DNA from: Chiloscyllium plagiosum
Taxonomy: Eukaryota
Assembly (NCBI RefSeq): GCF_004010195.1
Contig: NC_057760.1
Coordinates: 3,204,307 to 3,224,306 of the forward strand
Reading direction: 5' to 3'
DNA: 20,000 nt
The notes beneath the pieces are model-generated. The model saw nothing but the letters and a program-made list of their open reading frames with translations, was not told where the DNA came from and did no database searches. The translations under genes were made by a program, and so were the position numbers. This document shows, in pieces, positions 1-9,800 of the stretch (positions are counted from its first letter, which is position 1; every line of letters starts with the position of its first letter).

Positions 1-137
1 CACTTGACAGGCAATGAATTGTCAGTCTGGGTCATAAACTGAAATCCTGGAATGGGGCTTGAACCCGCAACTGAATGATTCAGAAATTACAGCAAAAAAG
101 CCAGATCCGTAAACAATTAAAGTAACGATGCAAGTTG

Positions 138-224
138 GAGAAAGTGAGGACTGCAGATGCTGGAGATCAGTCGAAAAGTGTGGTGCTGAAAGAGCACAGC
201 CGGTCAGGCAGCATCCAAGGATCA
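138..224. mobile_element. Fragment of a short interspersed repeat, probably a non-autonomous Penelope-derived element, interrupted at about 225
   Basis: gagaaagtgaggactgcagatgctggagatcag...ggtcaggcagcatcc resembles an abundant shark repeat as I recall it. It appears to resume at about 980 (gcaggagtatc). Confidence 0.5.
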
Positions 225-276
225 GAGTTAAAAATCACACAACACCAGGTTATAGTCCAACAGGTTTAATTGGAAG

Positions 277-311
277 CACTAGCTTTCGGAGCATCGCTCC
301 TTCATCAGGTG
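277..311 (-). ncRNA. Minimal type I hammerhead ribozyme motif (Penelope-associated type), core intact
   Basis: Minus strand reads CAC-CUGAUGA-A-GGAGC-GAU-GCUCC-GAAA-GCUA-GUG: stem I CAC/GUG, perfect 5-bp stem II, palindromic AGCU in place of stem III, CUA cleavage triplet. Confidence 0.8.
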
Positions 312-722
312 GTAGTGGAGGGCTCAGTCCTAACACACAGAATTTATAGCAAACATTTACAGTGTGATGTAACTGAAATTATACATTGAAAAATTGATTG
401 TCTGTTAAGTATTTCATCTGTTAGAATACAGTGATAGTTTCACTTCTTTCATGTGTAAATCACAAAACCTTTTTAAAAAAAAGTTGCGTTCTCGGGTTAG
501 CTGTTAACAATGGTGATAGCTAGATAATATGTTGAAGGTATTGGCCCCCTGTGTTCTCTGTCTATGACCTGATGTTTAGATTGATTCTAATCTAAAAAGT
601 GAGATAACAGAGTTTTATATAAATTCATGCAGTTTTTGAGCTCAGAGTTCTACATGAATGTATGCAGTTTTTGAGCAAAGTACAATGTAACCCTGCAAGT
701 ACAAATTCACCCCACAAAATAT

Positions 723-980
723 ATGTGTGCATGTGGGTCTTTGTCTGTGTGTGTGTGTGTCTGGGGTGGGGGTTGTGAGTGTGAGAAAGTGTATGTGTGT
801 GTGTGTGTGTGTAGTGAGTGCAGAGTGTCTTAAGTCTGTGAGAGGGTGCATGTGTGAGTGTGAGAGTGTGTGTGGGTGTCTGTGTGTGCGTATGTGTGTA
901 TGTGTGCGCATCTGTGTGTATGTGTATCCATGTGTATGTGTGTATAGGAGTGCCTGTGTGTGTGTGAGAGTGTGTGTGTG
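723..980. repeat. Degenerate (TG)n microsatellite / low-complexity tract
   Basis: Long interrupted TG runs, which explain the His/Thr-rich and Cys/Val-rich ORFs here. Confidence 0.95.
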
Positions 981-1081
981 CAGGAGTATCTTGTTTTATC
1001 TGGTTAAGATATAGGGGAAGCTGAATTGGTAAAAGCTTGCTAAAGAAGAGGCTGCCCAGTTGATCTCTCCGAAAGACCACA

Positions 1082-2135
1082 TAACAGAGCAGCAGGAGTA
1101 GGCCATTCAGCCCATTTTGTTTGGTCTGCCATTCAATGAGATTATGGCAGAGCTGATCGTCCTCAACTCCATTTTCCTGCCTTTTTCTCTATAACCCTTT
1201 ATTCCCTTACTGATTAAAAATCTGTCTATCTCTATCTTGAATACACTTAACCATCCAGCCTTGACAACCTTTTGTGATAAAGAATTATACAAATTCACCA
1301 AGAGAAGAAATTCTTCATCTCTGCCTTAAAAGGGTGACCCCTTATTCTGAGATTATGCTGCATGATCATGGATTTTCCCACAAGGGGAAACAATCTCTCT
1401 GCATCTAACTGTTGTGTCCCCTAAAGACTTTTATGTTTCAATAAGGTTGCTTCCAAGTCTTCTAAACTCCAATGAGGACAGACCCAACCTGGGCAGCACG
1501 GTGGCTCAGTGGTTAGCGCTGCTGCCTCGCAGCACCAGGGTCCCAGGTTCAATCACCAGCCTCGGGCGACTGTCTGTGTAGAGTTTGCACATTCTCCCCG
1601 CGTCTGCGTGGGTTTGCTCCGGTTTCCTCCCACAGTCCAAAGATGCGCGGGTTAGGTGAATTGCCATGCCAAATTGCCCGTAGTGTTAGGTGCATTAGTC
1701 AGAAGGAAATAGGTCTGGGTGGGTTACTCTTCAGAGAGTCTGGTTGGGCTGAAGGGCCTGTTTCTGCACTGGAGGGAATCTAATTTACTCGATGCCACCT
1801 CATAAGTCAGTTCCTCCATATCTGAGGTCAGCCTCACAAACCTTCTCTGTACTATCTTCAATGTCATTTTCATTTCCACAGAGAGGGACCCAAAACTGTT
1901 CATTGTGGTCTAACTGGTGCCTTGTACATTTTTAGCAAATGCCTGGACTTCTCTACATTTATACTCAACTCCCTTTGAAATAAAGACTAACATTCCATTT
2001 ATCTTCCTTCTAATATGCAGAATCTTTGAGATTTATGCATGAGGTTTTCTAATTCTGTCTGTGTTGTAGTTCTTTACAGTCCTTTTCAATTTAAATAATA
2101 TTCAGCTCCTCTATTCTTCCTGCCAAAGTGCATTC
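1082..2135 (-). mobile_element. Degenerate CR1-type LINE 3' fragment, split by a SINE at about 1491-1785
   Basis: Minus-strand peptide NLYNSLSQKVVKAGWLSVFKIEIDRFLISKGIKGY resembles the CR1 ORF2 C-terminus. LINE-like sequence continues after the SINE. Confidence 0.75.
1491..1785 (+). mobile_element. tRNA-derived V-SINE (HE1-like)
   Basis: tRNA-like head with A box (TGGCTCAGTGG) and B-box-like GGTTCAATC, V-domain core (gagtttgcacattctcccc...tttcctcccacagtccaaagatg) and tail gggctgaagggcctgtttc. Similar to the copy at 6469. Confidence 0.9.
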
Positions 2136-2349
2136 CCAATTCTGAAAAGAAAGCAATCTATATCATTTCAGGGGGAAACCTGTTTGTTCTTTTGGTAGAT
2201 TGATTGAAGGAACATCTTAAGGTTGTGTTTCCTGAGCAAGCAAGACTTCAAAGACACTTGGGTATTGTTAGTGACTTGACCATATGTGCTAGAACATCAG
2301 AGCAACAGACCCCAGATCATCTTACACTTTATCATTTCTAATCATTGAA

Positions 2350-2910
2350 TATTACAACATAGAAAGAGGCCCTCAGTTTCCATGCCAGTCATCAAGTACC
2401 CATCTATTCTAACCCCATTTTTCCAGCATGTATGCTGTGTTATGTCAAGTGCTCAGTTAAATTCTTCTTAAATGTCTTGAGGGTACTTGCCTTTATTATC
2501 CTTTAGGCGGTCAGTTCAAGAGACCTGCTACCTTCTGATTAAAGTGTACAAAGTAATGAAGGGCATACACAACATAGACTGGGAGAAATTTTCCCCTTAG
2601 TAAACTTCAATGCAAACTATCAGGGGGCACAGTTTTAAGGTAAGCACACTCTGGGTGAAAATAATTTTCCTCAAATCCCCTCTAAACTTCCAAAATGTTA
2701 TCTTAAAACTTAGTCTCCTAGTTATTAATCGATTTAGTAAGGGGAAAAGTTTCTCAATATTTACCTTGTGTATGCCACTCATAACTTTGTACACTGCAGT
2801 CAGACCGTCCCCCGTCCCCCCCCCCCTCAGTCTGCGCTATGCAAAACAACCTCAGCTTACTGCGTCTCTCATCCGAGTTGAATTCCTCCAGTCCCAACAA
2901 CATGAATAAC
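2350..2910 (-). mobile_element. Degenerate CR1-type LINE fragment with an internal inverted segment
   Basis: Minus-strand peptide YKVMSGIHKVNIEKLFPL...FRGDLRKIIFTQ resembles CR1 ORF2. 2543-2643 is a diverged reverse complement of 2698-2795. Confidence 0.7.
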
Positions 2911-3361
2911 CTCTTGGTCAACGTAGTTGCTTTTCTTCCAGAAGGCTAATTTCTGCAAAGTTAGTTTTTCTTTTTTCTTAAATAGTGTTTGTGTGTATTT
3001 TGGGGAAATTTAAACCTTTGTTCTTAACATTTTGATTAAGTTTTGTTTTGGTGATAAACCTATAGTTGTGCATGTTAAAAAAAAACCTATTTGGTAAATC
3101 CTGTTGTTTAAAAATTGATATGGATAAAGTATTTAATTAGTGAAAGAAAAACAGAAGTGGCTGCAGAAACTCAGCAGGTCTGGTAGTGTCTGTGGAGGGA
3201 CAAAGTTAATGTTTTGATTTGAACATGACTCTTTTTCAGAATAATGAGGGTTAGAACACCGAAGAAGAATCATATCAGATTTGATTGATTGTTGTCACAT
3301 GTACTGATATACAATGAAAAGTGTTGTTGTGGTTCTGTTCGCTGAGCTGGGAATTTGTGTT

Positions 3362-3401
3362 GCAGATGTTTCGTCCCCTGTCTAGGTGACATCCTCAGTG
3401 C
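3362..3401 (-). ncRNA. Minimal hammerhead ribozyme motif, left arm
   Basis: Minus strand: GCA-CUGAGGA-U-GUCACC-UAGACA-GGGGAC-GAAAC-AUC-UGC. The core is intact, but the ACGU palindrome is changed to ACAU. Confidence 0.7.
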
Positions 3402-3968
3402 TTGGGAGCCTCCTGTGAAGCGCTTCTGTGATCTTTCCTCCGGCATTTATAGTGATTTGTCTCTGCCGCTTCCGGTTGTCAGTTCCAGCTGTCCGCTGCA
3501 GTGGCCGGTATATTGGGTCCAGGTAAATGTGTTTGTTGATAGAATCTGTGGATGAGTGCCATGCCTCTAGGAATTCCCTGGCTGTTCTCTGTTTGGCTTG
3601 TCCTATAATAATAGTGTTGTCCCAGTCAAACTCATGTTGCTTGTCATCTGCGTGTGTGGCTACTAAGGATAGCTGGTCGTGTCATTTCGTGGCTAGTTGG
3701 TGTTCATGGATGCGGATCGTTAGTTGTCTTCCTGTTTGTCTTATGTAGGGACAACACTACTATTATAGGACAAGCCAAACAGAGAACAGGCAAGGGATTC
3801 CTAGATGCAGGCACTCATCCACAGATTCTATCAACAAACACATCGACCTGGACCCAGTATACCGGCCACTGCAGCGGACAGCTGGAACTGACAACCGGAA
3901 GCGGCAGAGAAAAACCACTATAAATGCCGGAGGAAACAACACAGAAGCGCTTCACAGGAGGCTCCCAA

Positions 3969-4008
3969 GCACTGGGGATGTCACCTAGACAGGGGACGAA
4001 ACGTCTGC
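3969..4008 (+). ncRNA. Minimal hammerhead ribozyme motif, right arm (core mutated)
   Basis: GCA-CUGGGGA-U-GUCACC-UAGACA-GGGGAC-GAAAC-GUC-UGC. CUGA is changed to CUGG at 3975; the GUC site and ACGU palindrome are intact. Confidence 0.65.
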
Positions 4009-4193
4009 AACACAAATTCCCAGCTCGGCGAACAGAACCACAACAACGAGCACCCGAGCTACAAATCTTCTCACAGACTTTGAAGTGAAAAGTGTTGTTT
4101 TATGTGTCTTACAGGCAGATCATACCATACAAAGTGCATCAGGGAGGAGAATACAATGCAGAATAGAGTGTTACAGCTGCAGAAAAGATGCAC

Positions 4194-4222
4194 AGAGAAA
4201 GAGAGAGAGAGAGAGAGAGAGA
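4194..4222. repeat. (GA)n microsatellite
   Basis: Visible GA run. Confidence 0.9.
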
Positions 4223-4731
4223 TCAGAATTAACATTTGAGATACCCAATCCAACCACTGATAACAGTGGGGAAGAAGCTGTTCTTGAATCTGTTAGAATT
4301 TCTATTCAAACTTTTATATCTTCTGCCTAATGGAAGAGGTGAAAGAGAGTATAACTGGAGTGGGAAGGGGTCTTTGATAATGTTGGTTGTTTTCCTGAGG
4401 AAGCGAGAAGTATAGATGGAGTCAATGGAGCCGTGTTCACGACTCTGTAATTTCTTGTGGTCTCGCGGGAGCAGTTGCCATACCACGTCTGATGCATCAA
4501 GATAAGATGCTTTATATGGTCTGTTTTTGTCTCCAATAGATGCTTCCAGATCTGCTGAGTTTCTCCAGCAATTTCTGTTTTTATTTTAGATTTTCATCAT
4601 CCGCAGTATTTCACTTTGATTAGGTTGGTGACTTTGGTAACTGGACAGAGTATATTTATTTTATGTGTGACTCATCAAACAATGGGACTAGAGAGACAGT
4701 GCACTTTTCTCCAGGCCCAGTCACAGCAATA

Positions 4732-5635
4732 AATTGAATTGAATTTATTGTCACAGTCTTGCGAGCGATACAGGCAGATCACAGAGTTAAGTAGCATAGA
4801 TAAGCAATTAATAGGTAAACAGCGGCAAAAACAAAAACACAGATACAGGCGAATGTTAAAAGTTTGTGAGTCCGTTCAGTATTCTAACAACAGCAGGGTA
4901 GAAACTGTTGTGAAACCGGCTGGTGCGTGTGTTCACGCTTCTGTACCTTCTCCCCAGTGGTAGAGGTTGTAGAAAAACATTGCCAGGGTGGGATGGTTCT
5001 TTGAGAATGCTGGTGGCCTTTCCCTGACAGTGGGTCTAGTAGATGGATTCTATAGATGGGAGGTTGGCCTTTGTGATAGTCCGGGCCGAGTTCACCACTC
5101 TCTGTAACCGTCTCTGATCTTGAATGGTACAGTTGCCACACCAGGTAGTGATACATCCAGACAGAATGCTCTCGATGGCGTACCTATAAAAATTGGCAAG
5201 GGTATTTGCCATCATGCCAAATTTCCTCAGCTGCCTGAGGAAGAAGAGACGTTGTTGGGCCTTTCTAACCAGTGTGTCCACATGACGAGTCCAAGAAAGC
5301 TTGTTGTGAATGACCACTCCCAGGAGCTTAACACTCTCCACTCGTTCCACCTCTGTACTGTTGATGTGTAGGGAGGCATGAGTAACATTCAACTGAAAGT
5401 CAATAATGAGTTCCTTCACTTTGCCAGCATTGAGAGCTCGATTGTTCTCAGTGTACCATTTTTCCAGGTCTTCCACCTCCCGTCTGTAGTCTGTTTCGTC
5501 GCCGTCTGAGATTCGACCGACTGTAGAATCTTCACTGATTGTGGCCTGTGGGTCAGGAAACTGAGGATCCAGTTGCAGAGTGTGGGGCTTAGTCTGAGAT
5601 CACTAAGTTTAGTAATCAGTCTCGAGGGGATAATG
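4732..5635 (-). mobile_element. 5'-truncated Rex1/Babar-type LINE (RT C-terminal region and 3' UTR)
   Basis: ORF 5036-5476 (-) KVKELIIDF...RKAQQRLFFLRQLRKFGM...FYRYAIESILSGCITTWCGNC is typical of this clade. (GAATT)n tail at about 4732-4745. Confidence 0.85.
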
Positions 5636-5969
5636 AGATAATAAAAGAGGAAGTAAAAGGAAAGAGGTTTTCATCGAGACAACAGTGAGATGTTGCGACA
5701 TCTGTGGAAGTGGGATGAACACATCAGGGAGAATGGAATAAAAGGTTTGGTTGATGGGCTAGGAAGAGGTTTCAGTGCAACACAAGTATTGACGCTCACC
5801 CGATTAGCCTTTTATTATGCAGCAAATTTAATGCAAACTACCACCTGGTCAGATTTCAAGCTTCTGCAAACACTCCAAAAATGTGTGCATTCTTGTTTTG
5901 ATTTGAGTCGGGCATTCACTTTATTGTATCCTTTTAAGCATAAAATGAAAAACACCTCCTTCACTGTTT

Positions 5970-6462
5970 GATCACACAACATTGCCCTTTGATGTGAAGG
6001 GCACTGCTTGTCACTAGCCACTTGGGTGTTTCCTTTTCTTCCTGGGTGGTGGAAATTGAATAAAGATTTGTACACCTTGTGTCTTTCACTGTGTCTCACA
6101 CCTGCGCACACACACACAACATGGGGGCGGAGGAATAAATAAGCAGTTAGGAGGTAGTGTGGGGGTAATATAGAGAAAATAATATTAAAATAAAAGATTT
6201 GTACACCTTGTGTTTTCCACTGTGTCTCACATCTACACACACAACATGGTTGCTGGGAAAAATAAGTACTACCGCAGTTAGGTGGTAGTGTGAGAGTAAT
6301 ATCTAAAAAACGTATATAAAAAAAAAAGATTTGTACACCTAGTGTCTTTCAGTGTGTCTCACATCTACACACACAATATGGGTGCGGGGGAATAAATAAG
6401 TACTACCGCAGTTAGGTGGTAGTGTGGGGGTAATATATAAAAAAAAGTTTATTAAAAAAAAA
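5970..6462 (+). repeat. Three tandem ~131-bp units with A-rich ends, probably the 3' end of a poly(A) non-LTR retrotransposon
   Basis: AAAGATTTGTACACC recurs at about 6062, 6193 and 6325. Each unit ends gtagtgtg..gtaatat plus an A-rich tract. AATAAA at about 6059. Confidence 0.75.
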
Positions 6463-6468
6463 TGGTGT

Positions 6469-6801
6469 GGGCGGCACGGTGGTTAGCACTGCTGCCTCAC
6501 AGCGCCAGAGACCCGGGTTCAATTCCCGCCTCAGGCGACTGACTGTGTGGAGTTTGCACGTTCTCCCCGTGTCTGCGTGGGTTTCCTCCGGGTGCTCCGG
6601 TTTACTCCCNNNNNNNNNNNNNNNNNNNNNNNNNNNNNNNNNNNNNNNNNNNNNNNGCTCCGGTTTCCTCCCACAGTCCAAAGATGTGCAGGTCAAGGTG
6701 AATTGGCCATGCTAAAATTGCCCGTAGTGTTAGGTAAGGGGTAAATGTAGGGGTATGGGTGGGTTGCGCTTCGGCGGGTCGGTGTGGACTTGTTGGGCCG
6801 A
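6469..6801 (+). mobile_element. tRNA-derived V-SINE (HE1-like) spanning an assembly gap, 3'-truncated at the minisatellite
   Basis: Same family as 1491-1785. B box GGTTCAATTCC; A-box region partly deleted. Confidence 0.9.
6610..6656. other. Assembly gap (47 N)
   Basis: Run of N, flanked by the near-duplicate 16-mer gctccggttt(a/c)ctccc. Confidence 0.99.
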
Positions 6802-9800
6802 CCACACTGTACCAGGGGTGAGTGACCGTCACTCACTGTCCATCTAACCCCACACTGTACCAGGGGTGAGTGACCGTCACTCACTGTCCATCTAACCCCA
6901 CACTGTACCAGGGGTGAGTGACCGTCACTCACTGTCCATCTAACCCCACACTGTACCAGGGGTGAGTGACCGTCACTCACTGTCCATCTAACCCCACACT
7001 GTACCAGGGGTGAGTGACCGTCACTCACTGTCCATCTAACCCCACACTGTACCAGGGGTGAGTGACCGTCACTCACTGTCCATCTAACCCCACACTGTAC
7101 CAGGGGTGAGTGACCGTCACTCACTGTCCATCTAACCCCACACTGTACCAGGGGTGAGTGACCGTCACTCACTGTCCATCTAACCCCACACTGTACCAGG
7201 GGTGAGTGACCGTCACTCACTGTCCATCTAACCCCACACTGTACCAGGGGTGAGTGACCGTCACTCACTGTCCATCTAACCCCACACTGTACCAGGGGTG
7301 AGTGACCGTCACTCACTGTCCATCTAACCCCACACTGTACCAGGGGTGAGTGACCGTCACTCACTGTCCATCTAACCCCACACTGTACCAGGGGTGAGTG
7401 ACCGTCACTCACTGTCCATCTAACCCCACACTGTACCAGGGGTGAGTGACCGTCACTCACTGTCCATCTAACCCCACACTGTACCAGGGGTGAGTGACCG
7501 TCACTCACTGTCCATCTAACCCCACACTGTACCAGGGGTGAGTGACCGTCACTCACTGTCCATCTAACCCCACACTGTACCAGGGGTGAGTGACCGTCAC
7601 TCACTGTCCATCTAACCCCACACTGTACCAGGGGTGAGTGACCGTCACTCACTGTCCATCTAACCCCACACTGTACCAGGGGTGAGTGACCGTCACTCAC
7701 TGTCCATCTAACCCCACACTGTACCAGGGGTGAGTGACCGTCACTCACTGTCCATCTAACCCCACACTGTACCAGGGGTGAGTGACCGTCACTCACTGTC
7801 CATCTAACCCCACACTGTACCAGGGGTGAGTGACCGTCACTCACTGTCCATCTAACCCCACACTGTACCAGGGGTGAGTGACCGTCACTCACTGTCCATC
7901 TAACCCCACACTGTACCAGGGGTGAGTGACCGTCACTCACTGTCCATCTAACCCCACACTGTACCAGGGGTGAGTGACCGTCACTCACTGTCCATCTAAC
8001 CCCACACTGTACCAGGGGTGAGTGACCGTCACTCACTGTCCATCTAACCCCACACTGTACCAGGGGTGAGTGACCGTCACTCACTGTCCATCTAACCCCA
8101 CACTGTACCAGGGGTGAGTGACCGTCACTCACTGTCCATCTAACCCCACACTGTACCAGGGGTGAGTGACCGTCACTCACTGTCCATCTAACCCCACACT
8201 GTACCAGGGGTGAGTGACCGTCACTCACTGTCCATCTAACCCCACACTGTACCAGGGGTGAGTGACCGTCACTCACTGTCCATCTAACCCCACACTGTAC
8301 CAGGGGTGAGTGACCGTCACTCACTGTCCATCTAACCCCACACTGTACCAGGGGTGAGTGACCGTCACTCACTGTCCATCTAACCCCACACTGTACCAGG
8401 GGTGAGTGACCGTCACTCACTGTCCATCTAACCCCACACTGTACCAGGGGTGAGTGACCGTCACTCACTGTCCATCTAACCCCACACTGTACCAGGGGTG
8501 AGTGACCGTCACTCACTGTCCATCTAACCCCACACTGTACCAGGGGTGAGTGACCGTCACTCACTGTCCATCTAACCCCACACTGTACCAGGGGTGAGTG
8601 ACCGTCACTCACTGTCCATCTAACCCCACACTGTACCAGGGGTGAGTGACCGTCACTCACTGTCCATCTAACCCCACACTGTACCAGGGGTGAGTGACCG
8701 TCACTCACTGTCCATCTAACCCCACACTGTACCAGGGGTGAGTGACCGTCACTCACTGTCCATCTAACCCCACACTGTACCAGGGGTGAGTGACCGTCAC
8801 TCACTGTCCATCTAACCCCACACTGTACCAGGGGTGAGTGACCGTCACTCACTGTCCATCTAACCCCACACTGTACCAGGGGTGAGTGACCGTCACTCAC
8901 TGTCCATCTAACCCCACACTGTACCAGGGGTGAGTGACCGTCACTCACTGTCCATCTAACCCCACACTGTACCAGGGGTGAGTGACCGTCACTCACTGTC
9001 CATCTAACCCCACACTGTACCAGGGGTGAGTGACCGTCACTCACTGTCCATCTAACCCCACACTGTACCAGGGGTGAGTGACCGTCACTCACTGTCCATC
9101 TAACCCCACACTGTACCAGGGGTGAGTGACCGTCACTCACTGTCCATCTAACCCCACACTGTACCAGGGGTGAGTGACCGTCACTCACTGTCCATCTAAC
9201 CCCACACTGTACCAGGGGTGAGTGACCGTCACTCACTGTCCATCTAACCCCACACTGTACCAGGGGTGAGTGACCGTCACTCACTGTCCATCTAACCCCA
9301 CACTGTACCAGGGGTGAGTGACCGTCACTCACTGTCCATCTAACCCCACACTGTACCAGGGGTGAGTGACCGTCACTCACTGTCCATCTAACCCCACACT
9401 GTACCAGGGGTGAGTGACCGTCACTCACTGTCCATCTAACCCCACACTGTACCAGGGGTGAGTGACCGTCACTCACTGTCCATCTAACCCCACACTGTAC
9501 CAGGGGTGAGTGACCGTCACTCACTGTCCATCTAACCCCACACTGTACCAGGGGTGAGTGACCGTCACTCACTGTCCATCTAACCCCACACTGTACCAGG
9601 GGTGAGTGACCGTCACTCACTGTCCATCTAACCCCACACTGTACCAGGGGTGAGTGACCGTCACTCACTGTCCATCTAACCCCACACTGTACCAGGGGTG
9701 AGTGACCGTCACTCACTGTCCATCTAACCCCACACTGTACCAGGGGTGAGTGACCGTCACTCACTGTCCATCTAACCCCACACTGTACCAGGGGTGAGTG

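Larger units (their letters stand above)
225..980 (-). mobile_element. Non-autonomous Penelope-like element fragment with a terminal hammerhead motif and a TG-rich tract
   Basis: Hammerhead motif at 277-311 (-) about 50 nt from the element edge. Short internal duplication atgcagtttttgagc at about 627 and 662. Ends in degenerate (TG)n. Boundaries approximate. Confidence 0.6.
3323..4085. mobile_element. Penelope-like element with inverted arms (3323-3623 / 3748-4047), a GIY-YIG remnant and a ~38-nt tail
   Basis: About 300-bp inverted repeat. Minus strand from about 3746 reads YIRQTGRQLTIRIHEHQLATK*HDQLSLV...REFLEAW, the C-terminal half of a GIY-YIG endonuclease with a stop. Hammerhead motif in both arms. 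Flanking duplication TGAAAAGTGTTGTT at 3315-3328 and 4086-4099. Confidence 0.9.
3278..4490 (-). mobile_element. Rex1/Babar-type LINE 3' fragment, interrupted by the Penelope element
   Basis: (GATT)n tail at about 3278-3290. Minus-strand peptide SIDSIYTSRFLRKTTNIIKDP...LPLGRRYKSL...NRFKNSFFP. Related to the element at 4732-5635. Confidence 0.75.
3145..4615. mobile_element. Old palindromic non-autonomous element (arms about 3145-3280 and 4515-4615) hosting nested insertions
   Basis: Left aaaacagaagtggctgcagaaactcagcaggtctgg is the near reverse complement of right ccagatctgctgagtttctccagcaatttctgtttt. Confidence 0.7.

Noticed and set aside
625..1080. His/Thr-rich and Cys/Val-rich ORFs
   Set aside because: They are translations of a (TG)n tract.
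1491..1565. tRNA gene (also at 6469-6535)
   Set aside because: It is a tRNA-derived SINE head followed by a V-SINE core.
5036..5476. 146-aa ORF as a host gene
   Set aside because: It is a truncated LINE ORF2 remnant lacking most of the RT domain.
6819..6825. AP-1 site in each 48-mer
   Set aside because: TGAGTGA differs from the TGA(C/G)TCA consensus and has no other support.
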